Source: Verrucomicrobiota bacterium
GTDB lineage: Bacteria; Verrucomicrobiota; Verrucomicrobiia; Opitutales; Cerasicoccaceae
Assembly: GCA_039818205.1 (NCBI GenBank)
Contig: JBCBUK010000011.1
Location: forward strand, 64,001-128,000
Direction of reading: 5' to 3'
Length of the DNA: 64,000 nt
Part shown: one piece after another, positions 48,361-58,637 of the stretch
Layout of the letters: each line of letters opens with the position of its first letter
Position numbering within the stretch: position 1 is the first letter of the stretch
Program-made: the position numbers and the translations under genes
Notes under the pieces: model-generated
Seen by the model: the letters and a program-made list of their open reading frames with translations, nothing else
What the model was told of the DNA's origin: nothing
The model's database searches: none

Positions 48361-49632
48361 CTAGGCGTTTGCCGTTGTTCGTGGCTCGACGAACTCTTCC
48401 AGGATTTTAACAGCGGTTGCGGGGCCATCTTCTGATTCCAGAGTCTTGGCTAGCACTTCGGCCTTCGCCCGTAATTGCTGGTCGTGCTCGGCGCCATCCA
48501 CAAGCAGTGGCAAGGCTTCGGGCCAATTTTGCCGATTTCCGATGAGCCCGGAGCCGAGCTTCTTCACCTGCTCCGCCCAAAAGGCTTGGTCGGCGATGTG
48601 TGGAATGATGATCTGCGGCTTGCCCGAATGGAGTGCTGAGGCCGTGGTCCCGGCTCCGCCGTGGTGGATAATTACTGATGCATGGCTGAAGAGAAGGTCG
48701 TGGTTGGCTTGGCCAATAACTTTTACTTCGGGGCGTGACGCAGCATCGCTTTCCTTAAAGCCGACCCAGCCGCTTTGAACGATTAGCTTCTTTCCTTGCG
48801 GCCACGCGCGAAGGAACCGGGTGAATAGCTCCGCTGAGTCGTCAAAGCTGACACTGCCAAAATTCAACACGGGCACCTCTTGACCGGCGCAAAATGCCTC
48901 AAGTTCGGCGGCTTGCTTCGGGTCTGGATCGGTTTGGTAGCGCCAGTATCCGGTGTAGCGAAAGCGTGGGTCAACAGCACCGTCATCCGGCGCAAAAAGT
49001 TTCTGGGAAACGGTAACCAGAGCCAGCGGTGCTGGCTCTCGGAAAAAACTCTTGGTGGGCTCGAGGCCGCGCTCGACGAGCTTATGCTGGTAAACGCTGT
49101 TGAGGGTCCGCGTGACGACTAGATCGGAAATCCACCACCACAGGTCGCGCCAGGATTGCCCAAATGGCTCGGGAAGCCAAGGAAAGGATAGCCAGGGGAT
49201 CGGCCCGATGCCGTAGGCGGGCACTACGTTGTGGGCAAAGGATGCGACGGCGAATTGGCAGTCGTTCTTTTCGGCCAGCGATTTCAAAAACGGATAGAGG
49301 TAGGTGGACACCAAGACGTCGGCACCCTTGGTAATTTCCTCCAGTGTATCGAGATAGTCATCGAGGTAGGGGAGGCCAAAGGTATAGATTTGTTTCAGCT
49401 GCTTGAGTTGGTCATCGGTCCGACACAGAGCGCGCATCGCGTCTTTGCCGTTTTCGGTATCCCATTCAGGCGGGACAGGAACGTAGGGGATACCCGAGTC
49501 CTCGATCACATTTTGAAACAAGGTTGAGGCGGCAAATCGAGTTTCGTGCCCGGCCTCAATCAACGCTCGACCCAGCGCGATCATCGGAATGATGTCACCG
49601 GTGGAGCCTTGGCTGGTGAGCACGACCTTCAT
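48361..49632 (-). CDS. GT1-family glycosyltransferase
   Basis: GSTGDIIP, HHGGAGTT, PHIADQAFWA. Confidence 0.9.
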   Translation of the reverse strand: MKVVLTSQGSTGDIIPMIALGRALIEAGHETRFAASTLFQNVIEDSGIPYVPVPPEWDTENGKDAMRALCRTDDQLKQLKQIYTFGLPYLDDYLDTLEEITKGADVLVSTYLYPFLKSLAEKNDCQFAVASFAHNVVPAYGIGPIPWLSFPWLPEPFGQSWRDLWWWISDLVVTRTLNSVYQHKLVERGLEPTKSFFREPAPLALVTVSQKLFAPDDGAVDPRFRYTGYWRYQTDPDPKQAAELEAFCAGQEVPVLNFGSVSFDDSAELFTRFLRAWPQGKKLIVQSGWVGFKESDAASRPEVKVIGQANHDLLFSHASVIIHHGGAGTTASALHSGKPQIIIPHIADQAFWAEQVKKLGSGLIGNRQNWPEALPLLVDGAEHDQQLRAKAEVLAKTLESEDGPATAVKILEEFVEPRTTANA

Positions 49633-49653
49633 GGTATCCGGGATCGGTCGGGC

Positions 49654-49959
49654 TTAGGAGAGATCGCTGAGTATCTGGCGAAGTTCTTCGGCTGGATCGT
49701 CGTGGTGCTGATCCACGGCAAGTTTCAGGGCGACTTCGAGGATCGGCTTGGCGGTAGTGGCATCACCGGTTTCGAGTAATGCTTTGCCGAGGAGAATCCG
49801 CGGCATCATCCAATCGTCGCGACTATCCGCACAGAAGCGCAGGTGTTCTTGGGAATCGGCAAAGTTGCCTTCGTCAAACAGTGCTTGGCCGAGGCTGAAG
49901 CGGAAAAGTGAATTGTTTGGGTCTTTGTTGACCCGTTCGCGAAAGAGTTCTGAGCGCAT
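49654..49959 (-). CDS. Small TPR protein
   Basis: DPNNSLFRFSLGQAL...LLGKALLETGD. Confidence 0.75.
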   Translation of the reverse strand: MRSELFRERVNKDPNNSLFRFSLGQALFDEGNFADSQEHLRFCADSRDDWMMPRILLGKALLETGDATTAKPILEVALKLAVDQHHDDPAEELRQILSDLS

Positions 49960-50089
49960 TTTATCTATAAAAACAAACGAGGAATTTCGAGCTACTATAC
50001 GCTTGCGGAGGGCCTTGTCTAGCCCTCGAGGAAATTGCTTCGCTTGCCGGCGGAGATTATTGATGAAAATCCTCGAGTGAAATTGTTTT

Positions 50090-52009
50090 TTGCCAAATGT
50101 AAGTTTCGGCTTTTCTCACCCTAGCATCCCTTCTTATGGTGAAGGCTTGGAACGGAAACCGCAGCGTTTGAAGGATTCAATTCGTTGGTTGTCGCAATCA
50201 AACCAACTCGACTTCTTTCCGCTACCCAAACAGCTACGCGGATACAATACCACTACCGCCGGTGGCGATCTGCGTGCCGGGTTGAATGTGGCTCTATTGG
50301 CCTTCCCGCAGGGTATGGCTTACGCATTGATTGCGGGACTTCCCATTGAGTATGGGATCTATGGTTCGGCGATCGCCGCGATCGTGGCATCGTTCTTTGC
50401 GGGGTCTCGCTTCATCACGCTGGGGCCAACCAATGCGACATCGGTTACCTTGGCATCGGCAATGGCTGCATTAGGGATCATGGATGAAAACGCGCGGGCA
50501 GCGCTTTTACCGCTGCTGTTGCTCATGATCGGTTTTTTTCTGGTGGTTGGGGCCTACCTCCGAGTGGCGAGCGTCATCCAGTATATTTCCCGTACGGTGG
50601 TCACTGGATACATTACGGCGGCGTCGTTGCTGATTATTGTTGGGCAAGCGAAGAATGCCTTGGGGATCGATTTCAGCCCGGAGGAGAAGCAACTGGCGAC
50701 GACGTTTTTTGAAAAGTTGATTGTGACGATCAAGCATCTGCCTGAATTGCAGTTGGAGTCAGCCGCACTCAGTGTGATTACAGCGCTATTGTTTATTGGG
50801 CTACAGAAGAAGCTTCGGGCCTTGCCGAATGTGGCGATTACGATGGTGACCGTTTCAGCGATTGCGGTCGGCTTAACGGCCCTGGCCAATAATGTATTTC
50901 CCGACTCCGCGTTCCAGCGAAACTGGAGTGGTGACGATATTCGATGGCTTAACGAAGTCGATGCATCGGCCTGGCCGTTTACTATTCCGAGTCTGCAGTT
51001 TGATTCGATTGCCCAACTCGCCGGTGTTGCCTTTGCCATTTCGTTATTGTGCGTTTTGGAGGGAACCAGCATTGGAAAAAGTCTGGCCGCACGATCGGGC
51101 GAGAAACTGGATGGGAGCCAGGAGATGTTCTCGATTGGTATGTCAAATATAGCCTGCGGCTTTTTCGGCGGCATGCCAGCATCCGGTTCGCTCACTCGCT
51201 CACAGCTTTCCTGGAGTAGTGGCGGGCGCACGCCATTGGCCTCGTTGTTTAGCGGCATCTTGGTCGCGATTGGGGCATTCGTGCTGGGACCATATATTCG
51301 CTTTATACCGCAGTCCGTATTGGCGGTTTTGGTTATCTTTATCGGCATCGGCTTGTTTAATCGGCACGCAATTAAAATCGTGACCCGAGCAACGCGTAGT
51401 GATCGCGCGGTATTTTTTACCACCTGTATCGCTGGATTGTTGATTCCGTTGGACACCGCCATTTACCTCGGCGCGAGCTTGAGCATTGTCCTTTTCTTGC
51501 GCAAGGCGGCGACGCCTGAGCTTGCGGAGTATGGCTTTACCGAAGAAGGACAGTTGGCGCAGGTCGACGAGAAGACCGAACAGAATGCCGAGATCTCGAT
51601 TGTGCACGTAGAAGGTGATTTGTTTTTTGGGGCTGCCGAGATTTTTGATGAGCAGATGCGCCGGGTTTGCGAGCAGCCCAACTTGAAAATCGTGGTGCTG
51701 AAGATGCGAAACGCACGCCACCTGGATGCGACGTCGGCGATGGCAATCGAGGAGTTGGTTGGCTACATGAACGAGCGTGACCGCACCTTGATATTGAGCG
51801 AGTGCCGAGAGGAGTGTATGCGCACGCTTAGGCAGTCCGGTGTCATGGATACCTTGAACGAGAAGAATGTTTTTCCCGATACCACTAGCAATCCAACCAT
51901 GTCCACAGCGAAGGCGCTGCGCCGCGCGCAGGAGATCCTGGGGGATCAGATGGTCGATGTGAAGATCTACGTGAACCCAAACAAACGAAAGAAAGTCGGA
52001 GAGGATTAG
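50090..52009 (+). CDS. SulP-family anion transporter with STAS domain
   Basis: PQGMAYALIAGLP, GPTNA, SGSLTRS, GDLFFGAA, LDATS; start uncertain. Confidence 0.93.
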   Translation: MPNVSFGFSHPSIPSYGEGLERKPQRLKDSIRWLSQSNQLDFFPLPKQLRGYNTTTAGGDLRAGLNVALLAFPQGMAYALIAGLPIEYGIYGSAIAAIVASFFAGSRFITLGPTNATSVTLASAMAALGIMDENARAALLPLLLLMIGFFLVVGAYLRVASVIQYISRTVVTGYITAASLLIIVGQAKNALGIDFSPEEKQLATTFFEKLIVTIKHLPELQLESAALSVITALLFIGLQKKLRALPNVAITMVTVSAIAVGLTALANNVFPDSAFQRNWSGDDIRWLNEVDASAWPFTIPSLQFDSIAQLAGVAFAISLLCVLEGTSIGKSLAARSGEKLDGSQEMFSIGMSNIACGFFGGMPASGSLTRSQLSWSSGGRTPLASLFSGILVAIGAFVLGPYIRFIPQSVLAVLVIFIGIGLFNRHAIKIVTRATRSDRAVFFTTCIAGLLIPLDTAIYLGASLSIVLFLRKAATPELAEYGFTEEGQLAQVDEKTEQNAEISIVHVEGDLFFGAAEIFDEQMRRVCEQPNLKIVVLKMRNARHLDATSAMAIEELVGYMNERDRTLILSECREECMRTLRQSGVMDTLNEKNVFPDTTSNPTMSTAKALRRAQEILGDQMVDVKIYVNPNKRKKVGED

Positions 52010-52046
52010 CCAAGCTTTGCATCGCAAAGTTTTTGGTAAAGAAGGT

Positions 52047-52871
52047 ATGCCAGAACTTGCAGAAGTTGAATATTTTCGCCAGCGCTGGGACGCGGGTATT
52101 GGGCACAAGGTGTTGGCGATCGAGACCCACGCGGATACTCGAATCTTTCGAGAAGTCGCATCCGAAGAGCTTGCGAGTGCGTTGACAGGTGAGACTCTGA
52201 TTGGCTCTGAAGCGCAGGCCAAGCAGATGCTGTTTGCCTTCTCAGGCAATCATTGGCTCGGATTGCACCTTGGGATGACCGGTAGATTACTCTGCGAGGC
52301 AAAGTCTTATGAGATTGGAAAATGGGATCATTTCGTTTTGCGCCAAGACACGCAAAGCTTGGTGTTTCGTGATCCGCGCCAGTTCGGGCTTTTGAAGTGG
52401 CACGAGGGAGGTGACCCACCCCCTTGGTGGGCCGCGCTTCCGCCGCCGGTGTTGTCAGGCGGGTTCACGCTGGACCTCATGGAGGCATTTCTCAAACGCC
52501 GCTCCAAGTCGCCCATCAAAGCCGTCCTCCTGATGCAGGATCGATTTCCAGGCATTGGCAATTGGATGGCGGATGAGATCTTGTGGCGCGCAAAGATTCA
52601 TCCATCAACGAAGTCTTTCCAACTCGATGGGCCTCAACGTGGCGCTCTCTTTGAAAAGCTACAGGAGGTTGCCCGTGACGCGCTGCAGGCAATCGCCGGA
52701 GTAGGGGAGGCGGCACCTCCGGCGGACCTGAATGTAAACATCCCGCAAGGCTGGTTGTTCTGGCACCGCTGGAAAGACGGTGGATTTTGCCCAATCGACG
52801 GTGAAGCTTTGCAACGCAAAGCTATTGGTGGGCGTACCGGCTGTTGGTGCCCCGTTTGTCAGCCAGAATGA
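52047..52871 (+). CDS. Fpg/Nei-family DNA glycosylase
   Basis: MPELAEVE, HLGMTG, DPRQFG, GIGNWMADE, C-terminal zinc finger. Confidence 0.93.
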   Translation: MPELAEVEYFRQRWDAGIGHKVLAIETHADTRIFREVASEELASALTGETLIGSEAQAKQMLFAFSGNHWLGLHLGMTGRLLCEAKSYEIGKWDHFVLRQDTQSLVFRDPRQFGLLKWHEGGDPPPWWAALPPPVLSGGFTLDLMEAFLKRRSKSPIKAVLLMQDRFPGIGNWMADEILWRAKIHPSTKSFQLDGPQRGALFEKLQEVARDALQAIAGVGEAAPPADLNVNIPQGWLFWHRWKDGGFCPIDGEALQRKAIGGRTGCWCPVCQPE

Positions 52872-52874
52872 TTG

Positions 52875-54062
52875 CTACGCAAGGATTGGCTCTTGCGCAG
52901 GGGCGTTTTCGGGATTCACAGCCTTCTTGCCGGCGACGAGCGGATAGCGATACTCGTTGCCTTCGAAGTTGCGCATCACCACTTCCTCGTCGGTAATCTT
53001 TTCCACATAGTCTGGATTGATCGGCACCTTCCCGCCGCCGCCAGGCGCATCGATTACGAATTGAGGAATCGCATAGCCGGTGGTGTGTCCGCGCAGGTGC
53101 TGGATGATCTCGATCCCCTTGCGCACATCCGCTCGAAGGTGATGGCTGCCCGTGATCAAATCACATTGGTAAAGGTAGTAAGGCCGCACGCGCATCATCA
53201 GTAGCCGGTGGACAAGCGACTTCATGATTTCGGGGTCATCGTTGACCTCACGCAGGAGCACCGATTGGTTACCCAAAGGAACCCCGGCAAAGCTTAGGCG
53301 CTCGGTAGCTTGATAGAGCTCTTCCGTGCATTCGTTCGGATGGTTCACGTGGATACTCATCCAAATTGGGCCGTGCTTCTTAAGGATTTCGCACAGCTCA
53401 GGAGTGATGCGCTGGGGCAGGAAAATCGGAATGCGCGAGCCGATCCGAATAAACTCAACATGAGGAATCGCGCGCAGCTGCCCGAGCAGGTAATCGAGCT
53501 TATTGTCTGAAAGCAGGAGCGGGTCGCCCCCAGAAAGGAGTACATCCCGTATTTCCGGATGTTCCCGAATATACTGCAGGCCGCTCTCAAATTCGGGGTG
53601 AAAGTTGTAATCCTGTGCATTGGATACGAGGCGACTGCGGGTGCAATAGCGACAGTAGGATGCGCAGCGGTCCGTCACCAAAAACAAGACGCGATCGGGA
53701 TACCGGTGGACGATCCCTTGAACGGGCATCGTTCCTTCCTCGCCAACGGGGTCCAACAACTCCTCAGGTGAGGTAACGCTTTCTTCGCCACGAGGGATGA
53801 TCTGACGGCGAATCGGATCATGCGGATCGTTGACGTCCATCAGGTTGAAGAAATAAGGCGTGATCGCGAGGGCGAGTTTCTGCTTCGAAAAATAGCACCC
53901 GGCCTTCTCCTCTGGAGTCAGGTCAATAAATTTCTCTAGGCGCTCAACGGTGGTAATCCGGTTTTTGAGCTGCCATTTCCAATTCTGCCAGTCTTCGGCA
54001 GATACGTCAGCCCAATGGCCTTGGCCTTGGAACCAGTTCGATTTGGCGTCTTTCGGTTGCAT
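52875..54062 (-). CDS. KamA-family radical SAM aminomutase (lysine 2,3-aminomutase-like)
   Basis: HRYPDRVL, CASYCRYC, LSGGDP, NQSVLL, DAPGGGGK. Confidence 0.92.
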   Translation of the reverse strand: MQPKDAKSNWFQGQGHWADVSAEDWQNWKWQLKNRITTVERLEKFIDLTPEEKAGCYFSKQKLALAITPYFFNLMDVNDPHDPIRRQIIPRGEESVTSPEELLDPVGEEGTMPVQGIVHRYPDRVLFLVTDRCASYCRYCTRSRLVSNAQDYNFHPEFESGLQYIREHPEIRDVLLSGGDPLLLSDNKLDYLLGQLRAIPHVEFIRIGSRIPIFLPQRITPELCEILKKHGPIWMSIHVNHPNECTEELYQATERLSFAGVPLGNQSVLLREVNDDPEIMKSLVHRLLMMRVRPYYLYQCDLITGSHHLRADVRKGIEIIQHLRGHTTGYAIPQFVIDAPGGGGKVPINPDYVEKITDEEVVMRNFEGNEYRYPLVAGKKAVNPENAPAQEPILA

Positions 54063-54104
54063 GGTAGGCTATCACAAAAGCAGGTTTCCGAAATATTGCA
54101 AATG

Positions 54105-54126
54105 TGAATTTAAATATTTAAATTCA
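54105..54126. promoter_or_regulatory. Perfect 22-bp palindrome, candidate ArsR-family operator
   Basis: tgaatttaaat|atttaaattca between the divergent KamA and ArsR genes. Confidence 0.55.
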
Positions 54127-54187
54127 TCTATACATTTGCCAAGCGTGTCCAATTCTGCTTAATTGATAACTTATTCCAAAATCGACG

Positions 54188-54502
54188 ATGGCGAAAGACG
54201 TAGAACAGTTGGCGACCCAGCTCTGGGCGATCGGGGATGCGACCCGGTTGAAGATTTTGCAGATGCTTCCCGACACGGCTGACTGCGAAAGTAGCAAGAA
54301 CGTCTCGCAACTTGCCGAGAAGCTAAACTTGTCCCAACCGACGGTTTCCCATCACCTCCGCGTTTTGCGGCAGGCCGGTATCGTGTCGCATAAGAAGGCG
54401 TGTCGGGATTGTTACTACTGGGTCGACCGCGACGCAGCGAGCGATGTGATTGAGCGGCTGGACTGCTTGCTGGGCGTATCAAGCCCATCCGTCGCCGACT
54501 GA
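54188..54502 (+). CDS. ArsR/SmtB-family transcriptional regulator
   Basis: GDATRLKIL, LSQPTVSHHLRVLRQAG. Confidence 0.92.
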   Translation: MAKDVEQLATQLWAIGDATRLKILQMLPDTADCESSKNVSQLAEKLNLSQPTVSHHLRVLRQAGIVSHKKACRDCYYWVDRDAASDVIERLDCLLGVSSPSVAD

Positions 54503-54573
54503 TTGCTTCTTTCGGCTGATGCGTCAGTTTGGTCTGGCCTGGTGCAATCAGGCGCAGTCTACTCATTTCCGCT

Positions 54574-56895
54574 ATGCGCATTCATCCAGGAGAACGCCGC
54601 GTGACGCTTAGTGCGCGCGAGTTGGCGGAGTTTCGGCTCGGCCCAGAATCCGGGCGCGGGTTCACTGGCCGATGGCGCACCGCGCTCGGTACGGCGTGGC
54701 ACAAGGACATGGAGACGCTCACCGCGGAATCGACGCCCGATGCCCGCTTCGAGGTAACGATTTCTGGGATACTCCGCCGCAAGAATTGGACCGTGGAGGT
54801 GAATGGTCGCATCGACCAAGTGATTGATGGCAATGGCTTTACGCTGCTGCGTGAGGTGAAGACGACCTCTCGTCCGTTACCGATGGCTAACGAAGACCTC
54901 GCCAACGCTTATCCCGAGTATCGTCGGCAGATAGCCGTTTATTGTTTGCTCGCGGCTCTCGATGAGTCCTTTGGCACCGATATCCGGGGTGAGTTACTAT
55001 TTGTCTCGATTGGCGATGGAATTCGTCAGACGCTCGCGCTTGAGGATTCTCCCGATGCCGTCCTTGAACAGCAGTTTGACCGAATTATCGGCTTTTGTGA
55101 GGAGCAGGCTCACCGGCGAGAGCGCCTATCACCCACCGAGTTTAAGCCCGCGTTTGCAACTTTTCGTCCGGAACAGATTAAGCTTCGGAGGGAGCTTCAG
55201 GAGTCCTCTACCGCCGCGTCTGTCCGGCTGCTTGAGGCACCAACAGGCTTTGGTAAAACGGGCATTGCCTTGCAGCATGCCCTGGAGAATCTACGCGATG
55301 GCCTCTGTGATCGAATCATCTATCTAACAGGAAAATCTACCGGCCAACATCAGGCGATACGGCAGTTGAAGGCAATGATACCGAGCGGTGGCGATTTGCG
55401 TTACCTCCAGCTCCGGAGCAAGCGGGAGCACGCCATCACGACGCCGCGGCATGACTGCAGTCGCCCGGAATCCTGCCTGGAGGGCATCGAGACCGCCTGG
55501 GAAGAATCGGATATCAGCCCGGCGGCGCTCTTGGCCGACGGTAAGGTGGGTGTGGATGATTTGCGGCAGTTAGGTGCGCTGACCGGGGTTTGCCCATTCG
55601 AAATCGCCAAGGCCTGTTTGCCTTTCGCCGAAGTCTGGATCTGCGACTATAACTATGTATTCTCTCCCTTGCACCGCAGCGTGCTTTTCGGGGTGATGGG
55701 CTTTGACCCGTCGCAGACCTTACTCATCGTTGACGAAGCCCATAATCTACCCTCACGCGTTGCCGATAATTTTTCGTTTGCAGATAGTGCATCTGAAGCG
55801 GAGAGCCTGGCCGCCGAATTGCGCGGGACAGATCAACCGTATAAACTCGTGCAGACTGCCGATGCTTGGGCGGAATTCCTCGCAACCTTAAAGGAAAAAG
55901 ATGCCCATCCGGCGACCGTCGAATACGAAGCGCTCGATCTTCTCGAACACCTTGCTGATGCCATGGGGCAGGGGCCAATCGAGTTCGAAGCGTTGAGTCC
56001 CGCGGCGCGTGACCACCTATTTCGATTTACATCCTACCGCGATTTTATGGCGGATAGTCGCTTCCCCCGCCTGCTTTGGTCGCCGCGTCGGGGCAGCTTG
56101 CGGGTGACCTGCCTGGATGTGGCACCGCACCTCAAGGACACGATGGACAGCTATTCCAGCGTGCTGCTAATGTCGGCCACCTTGAGTCCTGAAAAGTCCT
56201 ACGCGAGCCGCTTGGGTGTTGAAGCGCCCATGATTCGCGCCGGGGCTCCTTGGCGCGACGATGCGTACCGAGTCGCGGTTGATTGCCGGGTTGACACCCG
56301 CCTGCGAACCCGCGCCAACCATTATGCCGAGACCGCCGAGACGATTCAGGTGCTTTCCCAGCAAGGGAGCTCACCCGTTGCGGTCTTCTTTCCAAGCTAT
56401 CAGTACGCGGAAACGATCCAAGCCTACCTGAGCGAAATGGATTCACTGCTGCGCGTTGCCATGCAGCCGCGGTCCGTCGATCTGAATGGTCAGCTAATGT
56501 TTGTTGAAGACAGTTTGCTGACGGCGCATGTGTTGTTTTTCGTATTGGGCAGTAGCTTTAGCGAGAGCATCGACCACCTGGGCGGACGGATTGAACACGC
56601 CATGATTGTCGGCCCGGCCTTGCCGGAGGTAAATCCCGTGCAGAAAGCGCGCATGCAGCAATGTGACCATAGTGGGCGCCAGCACGCATTTCGCGAGGTC
56701 TATCAGCTGCCCGCGATGACCAAGATTAACCAAGCCTTGGGGCGTTTGGTTCGGGGCCCTGGGCAATCCACACAGGTGATTTTACATTGCAAGCGTTTTG
56801 CCGATGCCAGCTATCAGGAACTCCTGGCACCCGAATACGCAACCGATGTGCACATCTCCAACTATGATGAGCTCATTCAATGGCTTTCCACTTGA
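54574..56895 (+). CDS. DinG/XPD-family helicase with an N-terminal PD-(D/E)xK nuclease-like domain
   Basis: GRIDQV...REVKT; APTGFGKT, CPFE, DYNYVF, DEAHNL, SATL, FFPSY, QALGRLVR. Confidence 0.88.
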   Translation: MRIHPGERRVTLSARELAEFRLGPESGRGFTGRWRTALGTAWHKDMETLTAESTPDARFEVTISGILRRKNWTVEVNGRIDQVIDGNGFTLLREVKTTSRPLPMANEDLANAYPEYRRQIAVYCLLAALDESFGTDIRGELLFVSIGDGIRQTLALEDSPDAVLEQQFDRIIGFCEEQAHRRERLSPTEFKPAFATFRPEQIKLRRELQESSTAASVRLLEAPTGFGKTGIALQHALENLRDGLCDRIIYLTGKSTGQHQAIRQLKAMIPSGGDLRYLQLRSKREHAITTPRHDCSRPESCLEGIETAWEESDISPAALLADGKVGVDDLRQLGALTGVCPFEIAKACLPFAEVWICDYNYVFSPLHRSVLFGVMGFDPSQTLLIVDEAHNLPSRVADNFSFADSASEAESLAAELRGTDQPYKLVQTADAWAEFLATLKEKDAHPATVEYEALDLLEHLADAMGQGPIEFEALSPAARDHLFRFTSYRDFMADSRFPRLLWSPRRGSLRVTCLDVAPHLKDTMDSYSSVLLMSATLSPEKSYASRLGVEAPMIRAGAPWRDDAYRVAVDCRVDTRLRTRANHYAETAETIQVLSQQGSSPVAVFFPSYQYAETIQAYLSEMDSLLRVAMQPRSVDLNGQLMFVEDSLLTAHVLFFVLGSSFSESIDHLGGRIEHAMIVGPALPEVNPVQKARMQQCDHSGRQHAFREVYQLPAMTKINQALGRLVRGPGQSTQVILHCKRFADASYQELLAPEYATDVHISNYDELIQWLST

Positions 56896-56935
56896 CCCTG
56901 TCACAAAACGCATCAACATATCCCAATAATTTGAT

Positions 56936-57835
56936 ATGAGTGAATCCCGCAAAATCATTTCTAAGCTCAACGCGAGCCGTCCCGTTTTCTCTGTGGAGTT
57001 CTTTCCTCCTAAGACGGAAGAGGGCGCGCGCCAGATTTTGAGAACCGCGAACGCAATCAAGGACCATAATCCGGATTTTGTTTCGATCACTTACGGAGCT
57101 GGCGGATCAAGTCGAGAGCGGACGATTGATTACGGTGAGCTAATGCGCGATCTTTTTAAGTTCGAAGTCATGCCTCACCTGACTTGTGTCGGGCACTCGC
57201 GCGATGATCTCGCTAAGATTCTTGAGCGTTTTCAGGGTAGCGATTTCCACAACATCATGACTTTGCGGGGAGATCCGCCAAAGGGCCAAAAAGATTTCCA
57301 GCCACATCCAGACGGCCTGGCCTACGCAAGTGACTTGGTGGGCTTTATTCGCGAACGTTTCCCAGATTTTTGCCTCGGAGTTGCCGGTTACCCAGAAAAA
57401 CACCCAGAGGCCACGGACCTCGATACCGACCTGGCAAATCTGAAAACCAAGGTCGAAGCTGGTGCGGATTTCATCACCACCCAGCTATTTTTCCGCAATG
57501 CGGACTACTTTAGCTTTGTGGAGAAGTGTCGGGCAATTGGCATTGAGATCCCAGTTTTGCCAGGACTATTGACGGCACTCAGCTTCGATCAGGTGAACAA
57601 GTTTTGCGGTTTCTGCGGCGCCAGTGTTCCTCGGGAGCTCGCGGCTAAGCTTGAAGCCGTCAAGGGTGATGACTCAGCCTCCGAATCCGTCGGTGTGGAT
57701 TGGGCATTCCAGCAAATTCGCGAACTGCTCGATAAAGGGGCTCCGGGCGTTCACCTTTATATCCTCAATCGCTCGGGTCCGGCGGAAGCGTTTATGCAGA
57801 AGCTGCGGGACGCTGGTTGCGGCTTTGGAGACTAG
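56936..57835 (+). CDS. metF: Methylenetetrahydrofolate reductase
   Basis: SVEFFPPK, SITYGAGG, HLTCV, LRGDPP, GYPEKH, ITTQLFF. Confidence 0.96.
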   Translation: MSESRKIISKLNASRPVFSVEFFPPKTEEGARQILRTANAIKDHNPDFVSITYGAGGSSRERTIDYGELMRDLFKFEVMPHLTCVGHSRDDLAKILERFQGSDFHNIMTLRGDPPKGQKDFQPHPDGLAYASDLVGFIRERFPDFCLGVAGYPEKHPEATDLDTDLANLKTKVEAGADFITTQLFFRNADYFSFVEKCRAIGIEIPVLPGLLTALSFDQVNKFCGFCGASVPRELAAKLEAVKGDDSASESVGVDWAFQQIRELLDKGAPGVHLYILNRSGPAEAFMQKLRDAGCGFGD

Positions 57836-58254
57836 ATGTCGGCCGCGAGGTCCTCGCGAAAATATTGGGCGAAGTGCTCCAGGATGTCCTGGGGGGGCTT
57901 TACGGGTCGACCTTCTGGACTCATGAACGCGTGCTTCGAGAAACCAGAAGCGAGGAGCTTTTCGTCGCGTCGAACCTCGTAGTCAATGGTCATCCGGAGG
58001 CTAGGCGCTTCCCGCATGAAGCAGGTGACGTCGACATGGTCGTCAAAGTAGGCAGGTTGCTTATAGACCGCATTGATTTCTAACACCGGCAGCAGGTAGC
58101 CCCGCTCCTCGAGGTCGCGGTAGCGGCAGCCAAGCTCTTCTAGCATGACGACGCGGGACATCTCAAACCAGACAAAGTAGTTGGTGTGGTACACGATCCC
58201 CATTTTATCTGTCTCAGCGTAGCGGACCCGGATGCGGCTGGTGGAACTAATCAT
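57832..58254 (-). CDS. Acyl-CoA thioesterase (YbgC/4HBT family)
   Basis: RVRYAETDKMGIVYHTNYFVWFE. Confidence 0.92.
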   Translation of the reverse strand: MISSTSRIRVRYAETDKMGIVYHTNYFVWFEMSRVVMLEELGCRYRDLEERGYLLPVLEINAVYKQPAYFDDHVDVTCFMREAPSLRMTIDYEVRRDEKLLASGFSKHAFMSPEGRPVKPPQDILEHFAQYFREDLAADI

Positions 58255-58352
58255 GATTCCATGCTAAGATAGAGGACGCGTTGGCCACGCCAAGGAAAAC
58301 CTTTTGGCTTGGCCCAGCTAGAAATTCCCTTGAGCATGCTCGATTCAAACGA

Positions 58353-58637
58353 ATGATGAAGATTATCCGGATCGTCTTTTATTGGCTCGCGAGCTTTGTC
58401 GCTTATTTTGCGAGTGTCTTGCTATTTGGCGCAGTCGTTGGCGCGATCTTGTTTGTGCTTTTTGGAGCCATAACCCACCCGCATTTGGAAGTTCCATATC
58501 GGTTGGCCAAAGGCGTGACTAATGGTATGATGCTGGCAACTGTTTGGGGGCCAGCAATTGCGATCGTTCTTTGTTTCATGCAGGGGCATCGGCGTAACCA
58601 GGCTAAGCGGCTTGCATCCCCGGAGGAGCCCGCATGA
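58353..58637 (+). CDS. Small membrane protein
   Basis: Two hydrophobic segments; ATGA overlap with the next gene. Confidence 0.6.
   Translation: MMKIIRIVFYWLASFVAYFASVLLFGAVVGAILFVLFGAITHPHLEVPYRLAKGVTNGMMLATVWGPAIAIVLCFMQGHRRNQAKRLASPEEPA

Noticed and set aside
54574..55100. Cas4-like nuclease or CasDinG suggesting a CRISPR system
   Set aside because: No repeat-spacer array or other cas genes were seen anywhere in the window.
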